From: Candidatus Zipacnadia bacterium
Lineage (GTDB): Bacteria > Armatimonadota > Zipacnadia > Zipacnadales > Zipacnadaceae
Reading direction: 5' to 3'
Length of the DNA: 64,000 bases
Assembly (NCBI GenBank): GCA_029821195.1
Contig: JALGTU010000001.1
Span: forward strand, 8,707 to 72,706
Under the pieces are notes generated by a model, which did not search any database, had not been told where the DNA came from, and saw only the letters and a list, made by a program, of their open reading frames with translations. Positions 1 to 8,731 of this stretch are shown here, in pieces; positions within the stretch are counted from its first letter, which is position 1, and each line of letters opens with the position of its first letter. Made by a program: the position numbers and the translations under genes.

Positions 1-291
1 AAGCCTCACAGGCCTCGGCGAAGTTGGGATCCTCCGACAGGTTACCGTAGCCCGGATGAATCGCATCAGCACCAGTTATTACCGCAGCACTGATGATATT
101 GGCGCTGTTCAGATAGCTATCGGCGTTAGGTGCGGGCCCGATGCACACCGCCTCGTCGGCCATCCGAACGTGCAGGGAGCCAGCGTCGGCCTCGGAATAG
201 ACGGCCACTGTCGCTATCTTCAACTCCCGGCACGCCTGCAATACCCGGCAGGCGATCTCGCCGCGATTTGCCACCAGAACTTTGCCGAACA
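1..291 (-). CDS. accC: Biotin carboxylase AccC, N-terminal part. The gene runs off the window start and is absent from the ORF track because it has no in-window stop.
   Basis: Reverse-complement of 1..291 translates [57 protein letters not shown], the canonical biotin carboxylase N-terminus (ANRGEIA motif). ATG at 291. Confidence 0.85.
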
Positions 292-355
292 TATCCCCTC
301 CCTCACCGGCCGGGCAACTGCCCCGGGCCAGGCCGATACCGCTAACTGCTTGCCA

Positions 356-754
356 TCAGTATTTCTCGTGCCCGGGCGTGGGACAGCTTACCTTGCCTGT
401 GCGCGGATCATATTTGTAGGCGTAACCACTCACCGGACACTTCAGCGGGACGTCCCATTTCTGGCTGAGCTTGGGTGGCAAGCCACCGTCCATTGACTCC
501 ATCTGGATCATCTGGCGCAACTGCTTGAGATTGTTGCGGCACTCCACGCTCTCGCCGGCTTGCATTGCCTTGCCCAAAGTGGTCTGCGCTTCGCCCTCAA
601 ACGCCGGTTCGGGCTTCGGTTCGCTGCCTCTTAGTCCGAAAAACAGGGCCGCCCCTAACATTAGCAGCACCAGCACCACCAGAATCTCTACGAGCACGAA
701 CCCCTGCCCACTACCTACCGTCAGCCGGGCGCCATGCTTCATCTCACTGGTCAT
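356..754 (-). CDS. Type IV pilin-like / pseudopilin protein (prepilin N-terminal cleavage-methylation domain). An alternative start at 742 lies 2 nt after the accB-like stop.
   Basis: N-terminus ...GQG|FVLVEILVVLVLLMLGAALFF has a G|F cleavage site with Glu at +5 and a hydrophobic helix, the class III signal. The C-terminus has a CxxN...C...C...H cluster. Tightly coupled to the flanking genes. Confidence 0.7.
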   Translation of the reverse strand: MTSEMKHGARLTVGSGQGFVLVEILVVLVLLMLGAALFFGLRGSEPKPEPAFEGEAQTTLGKAMQAGESVECRNNLKQLRQMIQMESMDGGLPPKLSQKWDVPLKCPVSGYAYKYDPRTGKVSCPTPGHEKY

Positions 755-1190
755 CCTCCTGCGGCTTGATGCGCATCAAGACATCGCCGTAATGCACCGG
801 TGAATCGTCCGACACGAGCACATCTACCACCTCACCAGCCGCCGGACTGGTCACATCCGTCCACATACCCAGGGCATCAATCAGCCCAATTACCTGGCCT
901 TTATCCACGCGCATGCCGGGTACCGCCAGCGGCTGCGTACTCGTCTGGGTCTGGAGGTGGAAGGTGCCGACCAGGTGGGCCGCCACGGGTACCAACGCAG
1001 TCTCGGCCGCCTCCACCGCTTCTGGGGATGATTCGCTGAGCGGGGACGCATCGTCATCTTCAGTCGCCACCGCCACCATGTCGCCTGCTCGCCTGATGCG
1101 AATGAAGCTGTCGCCCTCGCGGATGGATATCTCCGTTGCTGACGACGCCTTCAGGATCTGGGTCAACTCTTGTACCCTGTCACGGTCCAT
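744..1190 (-). CDS. Biotin carboxyl carrier protein (AccB) homologue lacking the biotinyl-lysine: EAMKM is replaced by DALGM.
   Basis: N-terminus MDRDRVQELTQILKASSATEISIREGDSFIRIRRA matches the AccB N-domain. The C-terminal lipoyl/biotinyl fold aligns to AccB (GQV-IGLIDALGMWTDV..GEVVDVLV), but the codon at the Lys position is GGT (Gly, 867..869). Confidence 0.8.
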   Translation of the reverse strand: MDRDRVQELTQILKASSATEISIREGDSFIRIRRAGDMVAVATEDDDASPLSESSPEAVEAAETALVPVAAHLVGTFHLQTQTSTQPLAVPGMRVDKGQVIGLIDALGMWTDVTSPAAGEVVDVLVSDDSPVHYGDVLMRIKPQEDDQ

Positions 1191-1193
1191 ATC

Positions 1194-1979
1194 TCAGTCA
1201 CAACCAATCAGCGCCACCAGGGTCTTGCCCAGAACGTTCTCGGCTTCAGCCGGTCCATTGCAGATTGAGCGCGCTGCCTCGATGTCGTGGCGGATCCCGT
1301 CGCATTGGCGAAAAGGATAATCAGTGCCGAAGATAACCCGCTCGGAGCCGACCAACGATACCACATGCTGCAGCAACTCCTGAGGGATGTACCACGCCCA
1401 GTCTTTGTCCAGAGTGGAGGTGAGCCCGGCGTAGCAGTTCTTGTTGTTGCGGATTACCGCCAGGGCCTCGCCGAAGAATTCCCAGCCACCCATGTGCTCG
1501 ACAATTATCTTGAGCTGGGGAAACTCGTGGGCGATGCGATCAATAAGTATCGGCCTGTACTCTTCCAGCAGCCAGCCGTGCACGCCAGTGTGGAAGAGGA
1601 CGGGCAAGTTGAGCTGGGCGGCCAACTCGTAGAACGGAAAAGCCGCTTCGTCATCAATTCGGGCACGATATACCGGGGGGTGGGTCTTGATGCCACGCAA
1701 CCCTTTCTCCGCAAACTCCCGCATTATCGGCAAGGACTGGGGAGCTATAGGACTCAGGGCCATAAACCCCTCGAGCCGGTCAGCGTCGCGGACCTGTTCC
1801 CACAGCCACTGATTTGCCTGGTGAGGGTCTCTGACATACCTGGGCAGGGGTGCAAAGGCCACCGCCCGGTCTATGCCTAGCTCATCCATTATTTCCCGTA
1901 ACGCTTCGACTGTGCCTAGCGCCGGGTTCTCCGCATCATAGGCCCCTGGGGGCATCACATGACAATGATTCACAAACAT
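1194..1979 (-). CDS. Amidohydrolase-2 family (TIM-barrel metal-dependent hydrolase).
   Basis: 261-aa ORF with amidohydrolase-like motifs (HTGVHGW, FGTDYPF). AGGAG RBS lies 6-7 nt upstream of the ATG. Its stop is 4 nt from the accB-like start. Confidence 0.7.
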   Translation of the reverse strand: MFVNHCHVMPPGAYDAENPALGTVEALREIMDELGIDRAVAFAPLPRYVRDPHQANQWLWEQVRDADRLEGFMALSPIAPQSLPIMREFAEKGLRGIKTHPPVYRARIDDEAAFPFYELAAQLNLPVLFHTGVHGWLLEEYRPILIDRIAHEFPQLKIIVEHMGGWEFFGEALAVIRNNKNCYAGLTSTLDKDWAWYIPQELLQHVVSLVGSERVIFGTDYPFRQCDGIRHDIEAARSICNGPAEAENVLGKTLVALIGCD

Positions 1980-2040
1980 CTACGACTCTCCTACCTTGCG
2001 CACTGTCTAGGACCGCGTTGGCCCGCCTCGAGGCAACCGT

Positions 2041-2610
2041 CTACTTCGTGCTGACCCTCTCGACGTACGCGCCAGTGCTGGTATCCACACGGATTACATC
2101 GCCCTCACCAATGAACAGGGGGACCGTGACCTTAGCGCCCCCTTCAATTACCGCCGGCTTGTCGCCGCCTGAGGCAGTATCACCCTTCACGCCAGGGTCA
2201 GTCCTGATCACGCGGCGCTCTACCGCCTTGGGCGACTCGATGCCGATAATCTTGCCTTCGTAACTGGTGATGGTGACGGCTTCACCTTCCTTGAGCCAGA
2301 GGCGCTGCTCTCCCAGATCTTCAGCAGATAACTGAATCTGCTCGAAAGAATCCGTGTCCATAAAGTAGTAGCCGTCGCCATCGGTGTACAGGTACTGGTG
2401 TTCGCGCCGGTCAACGTGAGCGGTCTCGACCTTCTGGTCGCTGCGGAAAACCTTTTCGAACACACCGCCGCTTGCCACATCCTTGAGCCTGGTGCGCACC
2501 AGGCCGCGGCCACGGCCCACCGGTTGGAAGTTCTCCGCCGAGACCACCACCAGCACGCGCCCTTCCAGATCAATGGTCCGGCCCGGCTTCAAATCACCAG
2601 CAGATATCAA
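2041..2610 (-). CDS. efp: Elongation factor P.
   Basis: MISAGDLKPGRTIDLEGRVLVVVSAE... is full-length EF-P (KPGKG-like loop, three OB domains). TTG start with GGAGG upstream. Confidence 0.9.
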   Translation of the reverse strand: MISAGDLKPGRTIDLEGRVLVVVSAENFQPVGRGRGLVRTRLKDVASGGVFEKVFRSDQKVETAHVDRREHQYLYTDGDGYYFMDTDSFEQIQLSAEDLGEQRLWLKEGEAVTITSYEGKIIGIESPKAVERRVIRTDPGVKGDTASGGDKPAVIEGGAKVTVPLFIGEGDVIRVDTSTGAYVERVSTK

Positions 2611-2727
2611 CTCCTCTAACCTCCGTCTACCTATCGAATCGCTGCAGAATGGTCAACACCACGGTGGAAAGTTTACACTAGACACGTCCAAAAGTCAAAG
2701 GACCCGCCCGCTGCCCAGCGCTCCGAC

Positions 2728-2756
2728 TTGACGGGCGCCGACTCGGGGGCTATAAT
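2728..2756 (+). promoter_or_regulatory. Sigma70-type promoter for tRNA-Pro: TTGACG-N17-TATAAT.
   Basis: -35 at 2728..2733, 17-nt spacer, -10 TATAAT at 2751..2756. Lies about 14 nt upstream of tRNA position 1. Confidence 0.6.
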
Positions 2757-2769
2757 CGTACCACTTGGT

Positions 2770-2847
2770 CGGGGCGTGGCTCAGTTTGGTCAGAGCGCTC
2801 GGTTCGGGGCCGAGAGGTCGCCGGTTCGAATCCGGCCGCCCCGACCA
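2770..2847 (+). tRNA. tRNA-Pro, anticodon CGG, with encoded CCA.
   Basis: Manual cloverleaf: acceptor CGGGGCG/CGCCCCG, D-arm GCTC..GAGC, anticodon stem CTCGG/CCGAG, loop TTCGGGG with anticodon CGG at 2805..2807, T-arm GCCGG-TTCGAAT-CCGGC, discriminator A, CCA at 2845..2847. Confidence 0.9.
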
Positions 2848-2922
2848 CCCTCGTTAGGCGTGTACATTCCCACGGGAAACCCGTTCTCGGCGCAGATTCA
2901 CCCAGCGCAAGGAGATACTACC

Positions 2923-5391
2923 ATGAGAACCCTCCAGTACGCCGGTCTGCCCCAGGTCAAGCTTGCCGTGATCGGTGTCATCATCGCGGCATCGCTGGTA
3001 GCTGTCCAGGTCGCCGCCAGCCAAACCTCGGAACCCTTCACGCCGCCGGGGCCGAACCTCGCTCTGGGTAAGTCCTACACGCTCGATCCCAAGCCCAACT
3101 ACAGGTACTGCACCGACCCGGGCGACAACGAGCAGCTCACTGACGGAGAGTATACGCAGCCACCCGGCAACTTCTGGCAACAGCGCGGCTGCGTCGGCTG
3201 GTCCAATCGGCCTCTGGTTCTCATCACCATTGACCTGGGGGAAATCGCCCCCATCGCCGGCCTGTCGTTCAGCACCGCAGGAGGCGCAGCGTACGTGACC
3301 TGGCCGCAGGCAGTCCTGATGTTGACCAGTGATGACGGCGAAGCATTCCACTTCGGGGGCGATCTTCTTGCGCTTTCTTCTGGCTACGGGATTCCGGAGC
3401 CCTCGGGCTACCAGCGGCACCGCTTCGTCACCGACCAGTTGCGCACCCACGGGCGCTTCGTATGCCTGGCCGTGGTCGCCGGGGGCATCTATACCTTCTG
3501 CGATGAGATCGAGGTTTATCGCGGATCTGAAGAGCTGTTGGCGGCACCCCTGGCCGGGCCCGGGATCGACGATTTGAAAGAGTTCTTCGCCGGATACCCA
3601 ACCGCGCTGGGCATCCATAGCCGGATCGCCAGAGATATCTCTCAGGCGCAAGCGGAGATATCATCGAGCTTGGTTGAATCTGCCTCAGAGGCGGCCAAGC
3701 AATTGGATGATCAGTTGTGCACCCTAGCAGAAGCTAACAAACATATAGTCGAGGAGCCGGGCGCCGACTACCGGGCAATATATCCGCTCAACGACAATCA
3801 TGCCCGCCTGGGCAAAGTCGTCGCCCCGTTGCGCCGCGAGCAGGGGTTCCCGTCCCTATTCCTGTGGCACAACGATCGCTGGGAACAGCTCGGGCCGTGG
3901 GATGTGCCCGCTCAAGCGCCGCCAAGGCCGCCCACGCTCTCGGTCCGGCTGATGGCAAACGAGGCCCGTGCCGAGACGCTCAACATTGCCAACTTCACTG
4001 ACGAGCCCCAGGCTGCCACAGTATCCTTCTCGGGCCTGCCCGGCGGCGCGGCGCCCGAATACATAACCGTGCGGCCGGCTGTTTACGTCGCGATGCAAGC
4101 AGGCTTCTGGGACGCGGCGGCACTGCCTGATATTCCACGCGACGACAACGGTTGGCGTATCACCCTCCCTCCCGGGGTCTCGCAGCAGCTCTGGCTGAGC
4201 TTTCACCCCGGTGATATGCCCGCACCCGGCCGCTACCGGGGATACGTCATCGTTGACATCGAGGGCCAATACCAACAGCTCCGCAGCCCGCTGCGGCTGG
4301 TGGTCGAGCCGCTGCGCTTTCCCGACAAGCCCACGCTCACGCTGACGATGTGGGACTACGCGCATGGCAGGGGCCTCTACGACCTCAGCCCCGGTAATCT
4401 CCCGGCGGCAATAGCCCACATGCGGTCGCATAATTACGACGCGCCGTGGGCCAGTTCTACGTTATTCCCCAAACCCAAGGCGAGCGACTTCGACACTGCA
4501 GGCAATCTGACCAGACTCCCCGACTTCTCGGCCTTCGACGCCTGGGTCGCGTCATTTCCCGAGGCCAAATACTACATGGTCTTTGCCAACGTGCGTGAGA
4601 GTTACGCGGGAGCAGACATGGGCACCCCAGAATTCAACCAGCGGGTAGGGGCAACGATGCGCGCCTGGGCTGACCACGCCCGCGAGATTGACATTGACCC
4701 CCGACAGATCGCCATCCTGCTCGTGGATGAGCCGTCCAGGACGGGAGCCGAGCGCCGGATTCTGGCCTGGGCCAAGCCCATCAAGGCGGCCGCGCCGGAG
4801 CTGCGTATATTCGAAGACCCCCATCGCGCCGACCCGCAGAATTCCGAAGTGCCGGAAATGTTCGAAATCTGCGACATTCTCTGCCCGGGACGCGGGATCT
4901 TCCACGTGGGGGACGAAGTCCTACAGTTCTATGAAGACCTGCGTCAGGGCGGGCGCGAGCTGTGGTTCTACAGTTCCTTCTGCCCGGGCTCAGCGCCCAC
5001 TGAGACCTACGCTCGCCACCAGTGGCGCCTGTGGCAGGCCGGCGCCACAGGCACGGGCTACTGGTCGTACGGCGACGCCGGTGGCACCGGCAACTCTTGG
5101 AACCCTCTGGGGACCCGGAGAATGATCTACTCGCCGTTGTTTATTGATTCTGACTCGGTCACGGATAGCAAGTATTGGTTGGCCATGATCGAAGGCAGGC
5201 AGGACTACGAATATCTGTGCATGCTCCGCGACCGCGTGGACGAGCTGACCGCCGCCGGAGATAGCGGCGAAGCTCTCGCCGATGCCCGCGAGCTGCTCAG
5301 CACCGTCCCGGGCGAGGTTGTGGGCCAGCGCCTTAGCTGCGACCAGGGCCGACTGCGAGTGCTGGACGCGCTGATGGCGCTGGCGAGGTAA
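2923..5391 (+). CDS. Secreted or membrane-anchored protein with an N-terminal discoidin (F5/8 type C)-like domain and a C-terminal TIM-barrel glycoside-hydrolase-like domain (clan GH-A-like, 'DEP' motif; DUF4091-like?).
   Basis: The ORF-track start (2728) overlaps the tRNA. The true start is MRTLQYAG at 2923, with AAGGAGAT RBS at 2909..2916. N-terminal TM/signal segment, then LALGKSY..DGEY discoidin-like domain, then ...ILLVDEP... barrel. Confidence 0.65.
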   Translation: MRTLQYAGLPQVKLAVIGVIIAASLVAVQVAASQTSEPFTPPGPNLALGKSYTLDPKPNYRYCTDPGDNEQLTDGEYTQPPGNFWQQRGCVGWSNRPLVLITIDLGEIAPIAGLSFSTAGGAAYVTWPQAVLMLTSDDGEAFHFGGDLLALSSGYGIPEPSGYQRHRFVTDQLRTHGRFVCLAVVAGGIYTFCDEIEVYRGSEELLAAPLAGPGIDDLKEFFAGYPTALGIHSRIARDISQAQAEISSSLVESASEAAKQLDDQLCTLAEANKHIVEEPGADYRAIYPLNDNHARLGKVVAPLRREQGFPSLFLWHNDRWEQLGPWDVPAQAPPRPPTLSVRLMANEARAETLNIANFTDEPQAATVSFSGLPGGAAPEYITVRPAVYVAMQAGFWDAAALPDIPRDDNGWRITLPPGVSQQLWLSFHPGDMPAPGRYRGYVIVDIEGQYQQLRSPLRLVVEPLRFPDKPTLTLTMWDYAHGRGLYDLSPGNLPAAIAHMRSHNYDAPWASSTLFPKPKASDFDTAGNLTRLPDFSAFDAWVASFPEAKYYMVFANVRESYAGADMGTPEFNQRVGATMRAWADHAREIDIDPRQIAILLVDEPSRTGAERRILAWAKPIKAAAPELRIFEDPHRADPQNSEVPEMFEICDILCPGRGIFHVGDEVLQFYEDLRQGGRELWFYSSFCPGSAPTETYARHQWRLWQAGATGTGYWSYGDAGGTGNSWNPLGTRRMIYSPLFIDSDSVTDSKYWLAMIEGRQDYEYLCMLRDRVDELTAAGDSGEALADARELLSTVPGEVVGQRLSCDQGRLRVLDALMALAR

Positions 5392-5511
5392 CCGGCGCGT
5401 TCTAGACCACAGCCCGAGCATACGGGTTATCGCCCCTGGGCGACAGCAGCACGCGAGCTTAGGAGCAGTGCCCCGGAGGCGATGCGCCCCCTGAAGTCTT
5501 CCTGCGACGTC

Positions 5512-5540
5512 TTGCACCGATAAGCTGAGTATGGTATACT
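5512..5540 (+). promoter_or_regulatory. Near-consensus sigma70 promoter TTGCAC-N17-TATACT, followed by a ~270-nt leader before rarA.
   Basis: -35 at 5512..5517, spacer 17 nt, -10 at 5535..5540. Sits in the 420-nt intergenic region. Confidence 0.5.
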
Positions 5541-5811
5541 CTATACAACTCGCCCTGCGTTGTGCGTGATGTCGAAATAGCTTCGGGCCAACACCCAATT
5601 GAAGGGAGCCCGGCTCTGCGGGTGGCGTGACGTCCCTTCCGGGAGAACGCAAAGCCTGCAGGAGGGCACCCACTTATTTATTGGGTTCGAAGTCTTGCCG
5701 ACACACGGCATCTGCGGGGCGGTTATCTCTCCAGCATCTCGCTGGCGGCGAGCCAGACCAAGGCGGAAGCAGACTTCCCCAGGGGAAGAACGCTTGCGGG
5801 GTGACTTGCTT

Positions 5812-7176
5812 ATGGACCTGTTCGAGCAGGCCTCAGATCGGGCCGCAGTGCCCCTGGCAGCGCGGATGAGACCCCAGACGCTTGAGCAGATGGTGGGGCA
5901 ACCGCATCTGCTAGGCCCTGATTCTGTGCTCCGCCGTGCTATCGAGGCGGACGCGTTGCCCTCCCTTATCCTGCACGGGCCCGCCGGTACCGGTAAGACC
6001 ACCCTGGCACGCATCATCGCGAGTTGTACTCGGTGCCACTTCGAACCACTCTCCGCTGTCTCAGCCGGGGTCGCCGACTTTCGCCGCGTCGCCGAGGAGG
6101 CCCGGCAGCGCCGCAAGCTCCACGACCAGCGTACCATCGTGTTCATAGACGAAATCCACCGGCTCTCCAAGACCCAGCAGGATGCCCTGCTACCGCCCGT
6201 CGAGGAGGGCGTATTCATCCTGATCGGCAGCACCACCGAAAACCCCTATTTCACCATTACCTCGCCGCTGCTGTCGCGCTGCCAACTGTTCACGCTCGAG
6301 CCGCTGGCGCCCGTGGATATTGCAGCCTTGCTGGACCGGGCCCTGGGCGACACCGAGCGCGGCTTGGGGGAAGTGGCCCTCGATATCCCGCCCCAGGTCC
6401 GCGAACATCTGGCCGAGAACGCCGGTGGCGACGCACGCGTTGCGCTCAACGCGCTGGAGATGGCGGTTGTGACCACTCAGCCCGACGAGGCCGGGGTACG
6501 CCCGATCACCGTCGGCGCCGTGGCGGAGGCCCTGCAGCGCCCGGTGCTGAAATATGACCGAGCGGGCGACGAGCACTACGATACGATATCCGCGTTTATT
6601 AAGAGCATGCGCGGCTCGGATCCCGACGCGGCGATCTACTGGCTGGCCAAGATGCTCGAGGCTGGCGAGGACCCGCGCTTTATCGCCCGCCGCCTGGTCA
6701 TCGCGGCTGCCGAGGACGTCGGTCTGGCTGATCCGACCGCGCTGAGGGTTGCTATCGCCGCCGCAGATGCAGTAGAATATGTAGGACTGCCCGAGGCACA
6801 GATACCGTTGGCGATGGCGACCATTCATCTGGCCGTCGCGCCGAAAAGCAACGCGGCCTACCTGGCGATAGCCGAGGCCCGCCAGGACGTGCGGCGGGAG
6901 GGCGACGCGCAGGTTCCTGCCCATCTGGCTGGCGGGGTCCGACCGGGCGGGGGCGGTCAGGACTATCTCTACCCGCACAGCTACCCACACAGTTGGGTGG
7001 GACAGGCGTATCTGCCACCTGACCTGGGCAACCGGGAATACTATCGGCCCAAAGACAATCCGCGCGAGCAGAGAATCCAGGACTTTCTGCGCCGGTTGCG
7101 GGGTTTGCCAAGTGACAATGAAGCCGCTAGCGCAAAGGATGATCAAAATGGAAATGAGAAGCTGCCTGGAGAATGA
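5812..7176 (+). CDS. rarA: Replication-associated recombination protein A (RarA/MgsA, AAA+ ATPase).
   Basis: MDLFEQ...GPAGTGKTTLARIIA (Walker A), IVFIDEIHRL (Walker B), with C-terminal MgsA helical and lid domains. The ORF-track start at 5599 is an upstream extension. ATG at 5812. Confidence 0.85.
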   Translation: MDLFEQASDRAAVPLAARMRPQTLEQMVGQPHLLGPDSVLRRAIEADALPSLILHGPAGTGKTTLARIIASCTRCHFEPLSAVSAGVADFRRVAEEARQRRKLHDQRTIVFIDEIHRLSKTQQDALLPPVEEGVFILIGSTTENPYFTITSPLLSRCQLFTLEPLAPVDIAALLDRALGDTERGLGEVALDIPPQVREHLAENAGGDARVALNALEMAVVTTQPDEAGVRPITVGAVAEALQRPVLKYDRAGDEHYDTISAFIKSMRGSDPDAAIYWLAKMLEAGEDPRFIARRLVIAAAEDVGLADPTALRVAIAAADAVEYVGLPEAQIPLAMATIHLAVAPKSNAAYLAIAEARQDVRREGDAQVPAHLAGGVRPGGGGQDYLYPHSYPHSWVGQAYLPPDLGNREYYRPKDNPREQRIQDFLRRLRGLPSDNEAASAKDDQNGNEKLPGE

Positions 7177-7528
7177 ATGGTTAAGCGTTTTCCACCTTCA
7201 GGGCGAGATTGATGCGGCGACAGCTCCGCCGCTGCAAGCGGCTCTGGAGGAAGCTCTCGGCGAGGGCCAACGGTGGTTCCTGATAGACTTGCTGGAAACC
7301 GAATTTGTGGACAGTGTCACAGTGGGCCTACTACTGGGTAGTGCGAAGCAGGCCTATGAACAGGGCGGCATGCTCGCGGTCGTCTGCCAGGAGCGGATCG
7401 TGATGAAAGTCTTCGAGATTTCCGGCACCAAAGAACTTCTCAACGTCCACGATAGCGAGGCAGCCGCCCGCAGCGCGCTGGAGGCAGCACGAGAGGCCAG
7501 CTTGCAACGGGAGGACGGAGGTGCGTAA
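7148..7528 (+). CDS. STAS-domain anti-sigma-factor antagonist (RsbV/SpoIIAA-like).
   Basis: MEMRSCLENEWLSVFHLQGEIDAATAPPLQAAL... has STAS-fold spacing. AAGGA RBS lies 8 nt before ATG 7148. It is the first gene of the partner-switching triad. Confidence 0.75.
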   Translation: MEMRSCLENEWLSVFHLQGEIDAATAPPLQAALEEALGEGQRWFLIDLLETEFVDSVTVGLLLGSAKQAYEQGGMLAVVCQERIVMKVFEISGTKELLNVHDSEAAARSALEAAREASLQREDGGA

Positions 7529-7529
7529 G

Positions 7530-7967
7530 ATGGCAGCTACACCACCAGAGAATGTCGAACTGCACATCCCCTGCGATCCCAGGTATATTGCTGTTGCCCG
7601 CTTAGTGGTAGCCGGGGTTGGGGCGCGGGTCGGACTGAATGTGGACGACATCGACGACCTCAAGGTCGCCGTCTCCGAAGCGTGCACCAACGTTATCGAG
7701 CACGCCCGCGGCGAGAGCACTACGGCAGGCGAACCCGCGGTCATCGTGTTGCGCTTCATCCCCCGCGAGAATGAGATGCAGGTGGAGGTAGAGGATTACG
7801 GCGCAGGATTTGATCTGGATCAGATCGAAGAACTCGAGCTCGACCGACCCTCCCTGGATGGCGGGCTGGGCATCTATCTGATCAAGCAGTTGGCTGACGA
7901 GGTGCAGATCCAGAGCGCCCCGGGCAGTGGCACGAAAGTGATTATGACCAAGCGCCTGGCGAGGTAG
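7530..7967 (+). CDS. Anti-sigma factor / serine protein kinase (RsbW/SpoIIAB-like, HATPase_c).
   Basis: N-box EACTNVIEHA and G-boxes DYGAGF / GGLGIYLI. GGAGG lies 8 nt upstream of ATG 7530. Its start overlaps the STAS gene stop. Confidence 0.8.
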   Translation: MAATPPENVELHIPCDPRYIAVARLVVAGVGARVGLNVDDIDDLKVAVSEACTNVIEHARGESTTAGEPAVIVLRFIPRENEMQVEVEDYGAGFDLDQIEELELDRPSLDGGLGIYLIKQLADEVQIQSAPGSGTKVIMTKRLAR

Positions 7968-7972
7968 CTTAT

Positions 7973-8731
7973 ATGGAATCTCGCTGGGATGATCTATCAA
8001 CCAATGAGTTGTTCGCCGAGTTGCGCGCTACGGGCGCCGCGGAACTGCGTGACTATCTAATACAGCGCCACGAGGGCCTGGTGCGCCACGTCGCCAAGGC
8101 CTACCAGGAGAGTGCGGAATCGTATGACGATATCCTGAGCGTGGGGCGCGAAGGCCTGATCAATGCGGTGGACCGCTTCGATCCGGAGCGGGGTACCAAA
8201 TTCGCCACCTTCGCCGTCCCCACCATCCGGGGCGAGATTCAGCGTTACTTCCGCGACCAGACCTGGGGCATCCACGTCCCCCGCCGCATCCAGGAGTTGA
8301 GCACCGCCGCTCGCCAGGTCCGGGAGGAGTTGGCCCAGCAGCAGGGCCGCCCCCCCTCCTACAACGAGATCGCCATGAAGATGGGGGTCTCCGAAGAAGA
8401 GCTGATCGAGGCCGTTGAAGTGGGCCGGCAGTACGACCTGGTCAGCCTGGACGCCAGCGCCGGCGTGGATTCGGATGAGGAGCTCAGCTATCTGGACCAG
8501 GCCGGCGATGAGGACGAAGCAATTGAGCAACTGGCCGACCGTGACGAGTTGGCCTCGGCGATGAGCCAGTTACCCAGCCGCCAGCGGGTTATCCTGGTCT
8601 TGCGCTTTTTCGCCGGGCTCTCGCAGCAGGAGGTCGCCCGGCGCCTGGGTATATCCCAGATGCATGTATCCCGCCTCCAGCATAAGGCCACCGACCGCCT
8701 AATGACTATTCTACAGGACAGTGCGAACTGA
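7973..8731 (+). CDS. SigB/SigF-type group-3 sigma-70 family sigma factor.
   Basis: Regions 2, 3 and 4 are recognisable (FATFAVPTIRGEI, helix-turn-helix LSQQEVARRLGISQMHVSRL). It follows the rsbV-like and rsbW-like genes. Confidence 0.8.
   Translation: MESRWDDLSTNELFAELRATGAAELRDYLIQRHEGLVRHVAKAYQESAESYDDILSVGREGLINAVDRFDPERGTKFATFAVPTIRGEIQRYFRDQTWGIHVPRRIQELSTAARQVREELAQQQGRPPSYNEIAMKMGVSEEELIEAVEVGRQYDLVSLDASAGVDSDEELSYLDQAGDEDEAIEQLADRDELASAMSQLPSRQRVILVLRFFAGLSQQEVARRLGISQMHVSRLQHKATDRLMTILQDSAN

Noticed and set aside
56-496. 146-aa + ORF at the window start.
   Set aside because: The opposite strand over the same bases encodes the unmistakable AccC N-terminus.
5750-5800. SRP-RNA-like GGAAGCAG / CCAAGG words in the rarA leader.
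   Set aside because: The order and spacing are inverted relative to the 4.5S domain IV (GGAAGCAGCCAAGG). No closing helix or GNRA-capped stem could be built.
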